Source: a virus (Duplodnaviria > Caudoviricetes). From it: a DNA stretch of 31,933 nt. Position numbers and translations under genes: made by a program. Under the pieces are notes generated by a model that saw nothing but the letters and a program-made list of their open reading frames with translations, did no database searches and was not told the origin of the DNA. Position 1 is the first letter of the stretch; each line of letters opens with the position of its first letter. Below, one piece after another: positions 7,920 through 14,463 of the stretch. The stretch covers positions 1 to 31,933 of the IMG/VR virus record IMGVR_UViG_3300025276_000119, one strand, 5' to 3'.

Positions 7920-8762
7920 ATGAAAACAGTTAACTCATTAAGTGGAGGTAAATCCTCAAGTTATATAGCTTTAAATCACCCTGCTGACTACAATGTATTT
8001 AGTTTAGTAAGAACAAATGATAAATCGTGTATGTACCCTGATGCTAAGGTAAGGAAAATTGTAAGCGATAAGATAGGTTGTGAGTTTGTAGGAACAACAG
8101 AGCAAGACGCTATCATTAAAATTATGTTACAACTTTCTGAAAAGATAGATATTGATTGGGTTACTGGAGAAACATTCGAAGATGTTATTGATTACAAAGG
8201 TGGTTATTTACCTAATATGATGGTTCGGTATTGCACTACTCATTTAAAGATGATACCTATTTTTAAGTGGTGGAAAGAAAACATTAATGAAGTTTGCGAT
8301 ATGAGAATAGGTTTTAGAAAAGGAGAAGAACGCAGACAAAACAATATGTTAAATAAATTAAACGAGAATGGTAACGAAGAAATTAAAGTAATTGTAGGTA
8401 AAAGTGGTACTCGTAATAAGTGGGGTATGGTAGAGTGGAGAAAACCTAGTTTCCCTTTAATTGATAATGGTGTAGATAATAGAGCAATACAAGAATACTG
8501 GAATAAAAATAATGATATAGACTTTCCTAAAGGTTATTACAATAATTGTGTTGGATGCTTTCACAGAAGCCCAATGTTTTTAAATAAAATGAATCAAGAA
8601 CACCCAAATAAAATAGAATGGTTTGCTAAAATGGAAGAGATTAATTCACCTAATACGTTTAGAAAAGACGTATCTTACAAGGAAATAATGAAATACAACC
8701 CACAGTCTGAGTTGTCTTTTGATGATTTCTCTGAATGTGATAGTGGTTTTTGTGGACTTTAA
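7920..8762 (+). CDS. PAPS-reductase-like / PP-loop adenine nucleotide alpha-hydrolase
   Basis: SLSGGKSS PP-loop, RYCTTHLK, IGFR..E.RR, NCVGCF, C-terminal ECDSGFCG. Confidence 0.8.
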   Translation: MKTVNSLSGGKSSSYIALNHPADYNVFSLVRTNDKSCMYPDAKVRKIVSDKIGCEFVGTTEQDAIIKIMLQLSEKIDIDWVTGETFEDVIDYKGGYLPNMMVRYCTTHLKMIPIFKWWKENINEVCDMRIGFRKGEERRQNNMLNKLNENGNEEIKVIVGKSGTRNKWGMVEWRKPSFPLIDNGVDNRAIQEYWNKNNDIDFPKGYYNNCVGCFHRSPMFLNKMNQEHPNKIEWFAKMEEINSPNTFRKDVSYKEIMKYNPQSELSFDDFSECDSGFCGL

Positions 8763-8771
8763 AATTTAGAT

Positions 8772-9203
8772 ATGACTAAGAAAGAATACGAAGTATTGGA
8801 TAGGTGGGCGGATCGTTACGATGTAATTTATACACCAACCGAAAGTAAGGTATCGTTTTGGGATTTCACTTACGAGCTTAACGATATTAAGTATTATTGT
8901 GAGATGAAACAACGTAACTTCACTTTGGATTATGCTGTTCAGAATTATACTGACGGTTTACTCCTGGAGATGCACAAGTATGAACGCATCCTAAGAAGAA
9001 CCAAAAACGAAAAAGGCTCACAAGGTCTATACTTCAATTTCTTTAATGATGATAAAGCTTTAGTTTTTAATCTGAATAAATTAAAGATAGATAAATGGCA
9101 ATGGAAGACGATGCCTGAATCTACTGAGTTCTCAAGACGTAGATTTGTTCACAAGTACGTTACCTTTATTGATTATAGTAAAGGAAAATTATTTTATATT
9201 TGA
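8772..9203 (+). CDS. Putative PD-(D/E)XK nuclease-fold protein
   Basis: WD...CEMKQR and LLEMHKY pattern. Confidence 0.55.
   Translation: MTKKEYEVLDRWADRYDVIYTPTESKVSFWDFTYELNDIKYYCEMKQRNFTLDYAVQNYTDGLLLEMHKYERILRRTKNEKGSQGLYFNFFNDDKALVFNLNKLKIDKWQWKTMPESTEFSRRRFVHKYVTFIDYSKGKLFYI
9195..9202 (+). promoter_or_regulatory. -7 promoter element (TATATTTG) upstream of the candidate sRNA
   Basis: TAnnTTTG overlapping the stop of 8772..9203; no ORF lies between it and the next terminator. Confidence 0.55.
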
Positions 9204-9205
9204 GC

Positions 9206-9284
9206 ATTCTGCTATTATCCCCTCGTTATAGCGTTTTTAGTTTCTAGTAAAAAGGATTTCTCTTCGGAGTTGTCCTTTTTTTTT
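9206..9284 (+). ncRNA. Candidate trans-acting antisense small RNA (~80 nt)
   Basis: Promoter element, 5' hairpin (gctat/atagc), single-stranded gtttttagtttctagt complementary to multiple early-gene leaders, then terminator; 5' end approximate. Confidence 0.6.
9249..9284 (+). terminator. Intrinsic terminator
   Basis: aaaaagga..ctc-TTCG-gag..tccttttt plus T run. Confidence 0.75.
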
Positions 9285-9285
9285 A

Positions 9286-9293
9286 TATATTTG
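9286..9293 (+). promoter_or_regulatory. -7 promoter element (TATATTTG) for the 9311/9484 genes
   Basis: TAnnTTTG 17 nt upstream of ATG 9311. Confidence 0.55.
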
Positions 9294-9310
9294 AAAAAAA
9301 CTAAGAAACT

Positions 9311-9487
9311 ATGAACGAAGAAATCGCAAAGCTATTAGAGCAAAACGCATCTAACGTGTGCAATTCAGGCACAAAAAGCAGATTAGATATTGGAGGCGAC
9401 AAGGAAGTAGCAAAAGCCTGGAAGCTAATCCAAAAAGAGATTAAGCGAATTAACCCAAAGTTTTACGAAATAATTAAAGACAGATGA
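9311..9487 (+). CDS. Small hypothetical protein (58 aa, not in ORF track)
   Basis: MNEEIAKLLEQNASNVCNSGTKSRLDIGGDKEVAKAWKLIQKEIKRINPKFYEIIKDR*; ATGA overlap with the next gene. Confidence 0.7.
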   Translation: MNEEIAKLLEQNASNVCNSGTKSRLDIGGDKEVAKAWKLIQKEIKRINPKFYEIIKDR

Positions 9488-9675
9488 GTATAATAGAAGA
9501 GAAAGTAGTCGCTAAGATTTTAAAGCGAGCAGAGGTAGGTAAGTCTAAATATGGCACTACGATGGAGCGAACGGATTTAAGTCGCTTAGATTGGCTTGTA
9601 CACGCTCAAGAAGAGGCAATGGACTTGGCTGTGTATCTAGAAAAGATTATACAAGAAATAAAAAAGGGAGCTTAA
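9484..9675 (+). CDS. Small all-alpha MazG/NTP-pyrophosphatase-like protein
   Basis: R...G..KYGTT..R.DL...WL.HAQEEAMD..VYLEK, containing an EEXXD motif. Confidence 0.55.
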   Translation: MSIIEEKVVAKILKRAEVGKSKYGTTMERTDLSRLDWLVHAQEEAMDLAVYLEKIIQEIKKGA

Positions 9676-9686
9676 TAGCTCCTTTT
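9661..9686. terminator. Bidirectional terminator between convergent early and late blocks
   Basis: aaaaagggagct-taat-agctcctttt with A and T flanks. Confidence 0.8.
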
Positions 9687-9692
9687 ATACTT

Positions 9693-9848
9693 TTACGACC
9701 CACACGCTTCACAATCGTCATCGTCAATGCCGCACGTTTCGGGTTGGTCTTGATCAGTTAAGTCAACTATCCAACTATCCCAAGTGTTTCTTGCAACTTC
9801 TTCGTTGCGTTCTTTTGTTTTCTTTAATTCTTCTTCTTCTTTATTCAT
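9693..9848 (-). CDS. Small acidic Cys-tail protein (51 aa, not in ORF track)
   Basis: MNKEEEELKKTKERNEEVARNTWDSWIVDLTDQDQPETCGIDDDDCEACGS*; fills the gap between endonuclease and terminator. Confidence 0.75.
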   Translation of the reverse strand: MNKEEEELKKTKERNEEVARNTWDSWIVDLTDQDQPETCGIDDDDCEACGS

Positions 9849-9851
9849 CTT

Positions 9852-10235
9852 TTATTTAGGTTTTTCGTTTATCCAATCTACTGGGATCATTTTATCTGCC
9901 CACTTAATGTTATTCTTATCGCACCAATTAGAGTAGGTCGTCTTACTACCTTTAAACAACTTGTTTGTGTGTCGTTGAAAGACCATACGAATATCCTTGT
10001 CGGGGTGCTGTGCTATTACTAGCAGCATCTTCTTCCTGTCTGCTGTGGTGAAACGACCTTTTAACTCTAATATAATACCATTCGGTAAAATAACATCAGG
10101 AGTATACTTACGTTGTTCGGAAACTTCATAATGAAGATTAACAGTTTCGTACTCAAAAGGTACATTCTGTTCGTCAAGTTTACCGCAAACAACTTTCTCA
10201 TAGTTACTCCGAAATCTGTGGATTGTTTTCTGCAT
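9852..10235 (-). CDS. T7 endonuclease I-like Holliday junction resolvase
   Basis: FRSNYE, FEYE, YTPD.ILPNGI.LE.KGRF...DRKKM, DIRMVF; likely start at ATG 10235 (MQKTIH). Confidence 0.85.
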   Translation of the reverse strand: MQKTIHRFRSNYEKVVCGKLDEQNVPFEYETVNLHYEVSEQRKYTPDVILPNGIILELKGRFTTADRKKMLLVIAQHPDKDIRMVFQRHTNKLFKGSKTTYSNWCDKNNIKWADKMIPVDWINEKPK

Positions 10236-10509
10236 AAGTCTTTTTATTGTGACACGAGTGGCAAAGCGATTGAATGTTATCGGCACTTAGACTAGCACCT
10301 CCTTGCTTGATTGGTTTAATGTGGTCAACTACATCAGCAGGAACAACTTTACCCTCTTCTTCACAATGAAGACATAAAGGAAATTGATTAATCCACCAAC
10401 CCCTAAGCCTACGCCATTCAGGACCACGATAGAACGAAGTATCTCCACCCCAAGACTTGTTGTGGTCTACTGCTTTCGCTCTTCCTCGACCTTTAGGTAA
10501 TGTAGGCAT
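10204..10509 (-). CDS. HNH endonuclease (HK97 gp74-like, packaging associated)
   Basis: FY...EWRRLR, PLCLHC, VDHIKP..GG, NIQSLCHSCHNKKT. Confidence 0.9.
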   Translation of the reverse strand: MPTLPKGRGRAKAVDHNKSWGGDTSFYRGPEWRRLRGWWINQFPLCLHCEEEGKVVPADVVDHIKPIKQGGASLSADNIQSLCHSCHNKKTYAENNPQISE

Positions 10510-10516
10510 AGTAGTT

Positions 10517-10924
10517 TTAGGTTATAGTTAATTCAAATACTTCTCCCTCGGTTGCTTCGAGTAATTGAGAGAGAGTTCGTTTTGATGAAGTAATATCCAG
10601 TAGGGAATCGTTGTTGACCTGTCTAAAACTAGAGCCAACAAGAATACACCCTCTTGTGTCTGTATTAAAGTTTCCTTGATGAATAAGTATGTATCTTCTA
10701 TCTCGAACATCTTGCAATATAAAGTGTTTTTTGTACTTTTCAGAAGTTCTATGTAAGACTTTATAAACAGATTTAGGAACACAACTTACGTTAGTTTTAT
10801 TATCTTTCCAAGGAAGCTCTAAAGTCTTACACTCAAAAATCTTATCCAATCCATCAAATAAAGTTAACACACCTAGAGTCTGATTACCATCATCAATTAA
10901 CCTTGTTAAATATCCTTTTATCAT
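10517..10924 (-). CDS. DUF5675-family protein, putative endolysin
   Basis: TLG.L, TLELPWKDN..NVSCVP, ILIHQGN..DTRGCILVG; adjacent to holin. Confidence 0.75.
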   Translation of the reverse strand: MIKGYLTRLIDDGNQTLGVLTLFDGLDKIFECKTLELPWKDNKTNVSCVPKSVYKVLHRTSEKYKKHFILQDVRDRRYILIHQGNFNTDTRGCILVGSSFRQVNNDSLLDITSSKRTLSQLLEATEGEVFELTIT

Positions 10925-11304
10925 TTTTTAATTTTCTCTATAGACCTACCTGCAAAATAAGCAGCGTAAACAGTTATAAGTAAAGTTTGATATATTGGCT
11001 TGTAAGCTTCATTGATAGTAAACCCACCTATGTTGCCATCTAAGAAAGAAAGTAGGACTAAGATAAAGGTAAGGAATATAAGTATTAAAGGTCTTATATT
11101 CTTAGATAACCAATTATCCGCTTTCATATCAGCTTCCCATCTACGACTTACTTGCTCCTGGGCTTGCGACTCAGCTTTAACTAATAAGTCTTTCATAGCT
11201 TGTTTAGCTAACAGCTTTTCTTCTTTAGATGTGTTAAGGTTATCTAGGATTTCTCCTACAGACTTCAAAACATTACCGCCAAGTATATCAACTAATTTAC
11301 TCAT
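10921..11304 (-). CDS. Holin (3TM, GTA-holin-like)
   Basis: RWEADM..DNWLSKNIRPL, two hydrophobic segments, AYFAGRSIEK. Confidence 0.85.
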   Translation of the reverse strand: MSKLVDILGGNVLKSVGEILDNLNTSKEEKLLAKQAMKDLLVKAESQAQEQVSRRWEADMKADNWLSKNIRPLILIFLTFILVLLSFLDGNIGGFTINEAYKPIYQTLLITVYAAYFAGRSIEKIKK

Positions 11305-11462
11305 ACTTTCTTATTCTTCTTATAAGCTACATAAAAATTAAATATAGTATAAGCAATACCCAAAAGTAGAGCAGCGAATCTTAACGCTGTTTCTACCTCT
11401 GTGAAGCTTATTCCTATAGCACCACCATTTACTGCTATGTTTTTTATCAAGTCTTTATCCAT
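11301..11462 (-). CDS. Small membrane protein in lysis cassette (53 aa, not in ORF track)
   Basis: MDKDLIKNIAVNGGAIGISFTEVETALRFAALLLGIAYTIFNFYVAYKKNKKV*; TM segment plus basic tail, ATGA overlap with holin. Confidence 0.7.
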   Translation of the reverse strand: MDKDLIKNIAVNGGAIGISFTEVETALRFAALLLGIAYTIFNFYVAYKKNKKV

Positions 11463-11510
11463 CTTTCACTAGACTTAACATTGCTTCTAACCATTGTCTA
11501 AAATACCTTT

Positions 11511-11867
11511 TCATACCTCTTCAGATTGATGTTCAGATAGAAATGTAGATGCTTCTGATCTAGTCATTAAGCAATTTTTAGGATAAGCTTTATTCTTTCC
11601 AAGGTTAAGTAAAGAACTTAATTCACCATTAAGCCAACTAGCTTCGAGTTGAATAATATAAAACTTAGCTTTACCTATTTTTACCATAGGGTTATGACCA
11701 AACTTTCTACGATTGTATTCTCCAAGCTCTTTAAAGGTTGGATGTGTTACACCGTTTTGAATACCCTCTTCATCGTACTCAGGTATTCCGTAAGTACCTA
11801 CCAATTCGTTTGGAATTAGTTTATTGAATGTTGTGTTATCTAAACACAGAAATACATTTCCTCTCAT
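11511..11867 (-). CDS. Hypothetical protein (118 aa)
   Basis: ORF in late operon. Confidence 0.7.
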   Translation of the reverse strand: MRGNVFLCLDNTTFNKLIPNELVGTYGIPEYDEEGIQNGVTHPTFKELGEYNRRKFGHNPMVKIGKAKFYIIQLEASWLNGELSSLLNLGKNKAYPKNCLMTRSEASTFLSEHQSEEV

Positions 11868-11869
11868 AT

Positions 11870-12205
11870 TTACGATATTTTAACTGTTCCTCTATCATTC
11901 CATAAAAAACCTGCATCTCTTGGCTCTCTTGTTGGTAGACTAGAAACTGTGGTTGCATTATTTAAATTTAAAACATCATCCGATTTATTTTCAACGGATT
12001 TTACTAATATATGAAAGAAAGCTCGAAGTTTTTCCGCTGTAATGTTAGCGTTTTTAGTTTCAAACATATCCTCAATCATATCTAATAACTCAGCTCGTGT
12101 TCTTTTTTCATCACTAGATACAGCGACTTTGGTTAAAGTATTTCTTTTAACTAAAGATTTATATCTATCTCTAATTGATGTTGCTTTGTAATCGTTTTTT
12201 GCCAT
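11870..12205 (-). CDS. Hypothetical virion-associated protein
   Basis: C-terminal LPT..P..AG.LWND.GTVKIS motif seen in phage fibre-type proteins. Confidence 0.6.
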   Translation of the reverse strand: MAKNDYKATSIRDRYKSLVKRNTLTKVAVSSDEKRTRAELLDMIEDMFETKNANITAEKLRAFFHILVKSVENKSDDVLNLNNATTVSSLPTREPRDAGFLWNDRGTVKIS

Positions 12206-12217
12206 TTTGTTTGTTTT

Positions 12218-14080
12218 TTAATTACCGTAATCGCTTGAAAAATCATCGCTAAATGATGAGCCTGCTGAATGAGTAGTTGATCCTGCGTTATAATTCTGAG
12301 TAACTTCCTCCTGAGTTAAAGCTCTGTTATATAGTCTTGAGTCGTCTATTAGGTTACTGTAAAATCTAGTATTTAATGAATCTCTACCTATATACTTTAC
12401 TAGACTATTCGTAATATTAGCATTAGTTGTTGCTGTGTCAGTCTGAGCTACAGAATCAACGTACATAGTGCATAGCGATGAATCTCTAGTAATAACTACG
12501 TGATACCAATCACCTGAATTAAATACATCGTTTGAGTAGAAAGGTATACTACCAACGTACCCTGCGAATTTACTAGTAGTATTAAAAACTCCAATACCTG
12601 CAGAACCTACATCTGTCATAGCTCCACCTAAAGCGATTATAGAATTTAAACTACTACCTCCCGATAAGTAACTAGCCTTAAGCCAAGTTTCAATAGTAAA
12701 ATCACCCGTACCAAAGTCGATCGAATTATCATCAGCCACCTCAGCGTAACCACTTCCACCCAAGTTAAAACTATGTTCTCTTAGTCTTAATGGATTACCT
12801 AATATATCAAAGCCTTTGTTGTTAGGCGCTTGGATTAGGATTATCTCAGGTGAACCACTTTTAGCCCAATCCATCATACCCAACTGAGGTATGGTAGGTT
12901 GTTTGTCATCGTATGTAGCTCCGTTAATCGTTCCGTTGTTGCCTTCTCCTGAACTATCGTAAGCAATCGAACCTGCACCCTCACTCATTGCCCAATAGCC
13001 TTTTAAATTAGATAGAGCAATAGTCGAATTAGTGTTGTCCGTTACGAGATGATTAGGGTTGTTGTAATCGAAGGTTGCATCGGCTTGACTTAAGATTGTG
13101 TCGTACCATTGAATATCAGTAATAAAACCATCGAAATGTATACCTGATCCACCAGGGGCGTCTGCTCCAATAAATAAAGATGTTGTATCAGTTAAATCTC
13201 CACTTTTAGATGATATATCTACAGGTGTTTGAGCAATACCATTTATGTAACATATTGCATTACCATTCCTATCTGCGGATATAACAACTCGTTGCCAAAC
13301 ACTTGAAGTTAATGTTCCTAAAGTAAAGGGAACATTGCTTGTTCCATCGTTTAATTCCACTCTTAATACATTACTTGAGTCTAAATAAAAAGTAAACCCC
13401 CTTGTATCTCTTTTATCAATTATTCTTTGTAATTTAGCTGAATTTATATAAATCCAAAAACAATAAGTAAAATCATCAGTACCAACATTTAAACTTGAAG
13501 AGTTTGGAACTTCAACATTATCTACTGAACCATTAAAATCAAGAGCCTTACCTGTAAACAATTTGCCTACATTTGAATTACCTGATTTGTCGGGAACGAA
13601 TTGGGCTACTTCTTTTACGGATACGTTTGAAATTTGAGCTAAAGTTGTTCCACCTGAATTTGAAGCTACTAACAAAAATCCATCAGTAGATACAGCTGTA
13701 ATAGTTTTTATTATATTACCTGTTGCTACCGAAAAATTACTAAGGTTAACACCTCCAACAGTAGCCCTTAGACCACTCCCTGAAGCACTATCTACGTAAT
13801 ACTCAACATCGTATCTATTCCCAATAGTTAAAGATAAGTTTGTGCTTATCAAGTTAGTCGTTCCTGCTACAGACGTATCAACATTAGCCACGCCACCTGA
13901 AATAGTCCAACCTGCTTGCTTAGTCCAATCTGTATCAGTAGCGAAGTCACCATTAACAACCAACTCCCTACCTAATGTTTCACTCGTTCTAAATCCAAGC
14001 CACATCTTCAAACCGCTAGTAATAATTGACTTACCTACGTTTCGGATTGCTCCTATTACATTTGTGAATGATATTATCAT
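12218..14080 (-). CDS. LamG/concanavalin A-like lectin-domain virion fibre protein
   Basis: Two LamG-like repeats (DFTYCFW..F.G.I.D..Y..LS; DFTIETW..WYHVV..IDDSRLYNRAL), an ELVVNGDF..SNVSVKEV module, C-terminal FSDDFSSDY. Confidence 0.8.
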   Translation of the reverse strand: MIISFTNVIGAIRNVGKSIITSGLKMWLGFRTSETLGRELVVNGDFATDTDWTKQAGWTISGGVANVDTSVAGTTNLISTNLSLTIGNRYDVEYYVDSASGSGLRATVGGVNLSNFSVATGNIIKTITAVSTDGFLLVASNSGGTTLAQISNVSVKEVAQFVPDKSGNSNVGKLFTGKALDFNGSVDNVEVPNSSSLNVGTDDFTYCFWIYINSAKLQRIIDKRDTRGFTFYLDSSNVLRVELNDGTSNVPFTLGTLTSSVWQRVVISADRNGNAICYINGIAQTPVDISSKSGDLTDTTSLFIGADAPGGSGIHFDGFITDIQWYDTILSQADATFDYNNPNHLVTDNTNSTIALSNLKGYWAMSEGAGSIAYDSSGEGNNGTINGATYDDKQPTIPQLGMMDWAKSGSPEIILIQAPNNKGFDILGNPLRLREHSFNLGGSGYAEVADDNSIDFGTGDFTIETWLKASYLSGGSSLNSIIALGGAMTDVGSAGIGVFNTTSKFAGYVGSIPFYSNDVFNSGDWYHVVITRDSSLCTMYVDSVAQTDTATTNANITNSLVKYIGRDSLNTRFYSNLIDDSRLYNRALTQEEVTQNYNAGSTTHSAGSSFSDDFSSDYGN

Positions 14081-14101
14081 AATTTAAAAGTTTAAATTAG
14101 A

Positions 14102-14356
14102 TTAATATAAGGCTAATATGTCCGCTGCATCTGTACCTGTATTAAATACTTTTTTAACTTGAACTGCTAATACAGAACCGCTTGCTAGATTTTTAAAGGT
14201 AACATCATCGCCTGATATAGTTGTTACTTTAACATCTCCACCTGTACCAATGTATAGAACAGCTCCAGGCGTTACTAATACTTCTAATACAGCAGGGTCA
14301 ACTACTACTGCGTGAATTGCTTGTTGTGTTACTTTGTTAGTTGGAATGAATCCCAT
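14102..14356 (-). CDS. Head spike base-like protein (RcGTA Rcc01079-like)
   Basis: LYIGTGGDVKV..GDDVTFKN..GSVL.VQVKKV..TGT.A.DI.ALY. Confidence 0.65.
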   Translation of the reverse strand: MGFIPTNKVTQQAIHAVVVDPAVLEVLVTPGAVLYIGTGGDVKVTTISGDDVTFKNLASGSVLAVQVKKVFNTGTDAADILALY

Positions 14357-14403
14357 AATTTAAGTGTTTAGTTGTTGTTGTTAATTAATTGTTTAAAGTT
14401 GTA

Positions 14404-14463
14404 AAAGGTTGTGAGAGAACTAGGAAGAAAAAGGTAGCAAAAACCAAGCCCTCCCACACCTTT
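14404..14463 (-). promoter_or_regulatory. Long RNA hairpin immediately 3' of the large tail gene
   Basis: aaaggt-gtgggagggcttgg pairs with cctagttctctcac-a-accttt; G-U pairs form only on the minus strand; 19-nt pyrimidine-rich loop. Confidence 0.65.

Noticed and set aside
10236-10286. N-terminal extension of endonuclease I
   Set aside because: Overlaps HNH more deeply; similarity to the family starts near FRS, so ATG 10235 is preferred
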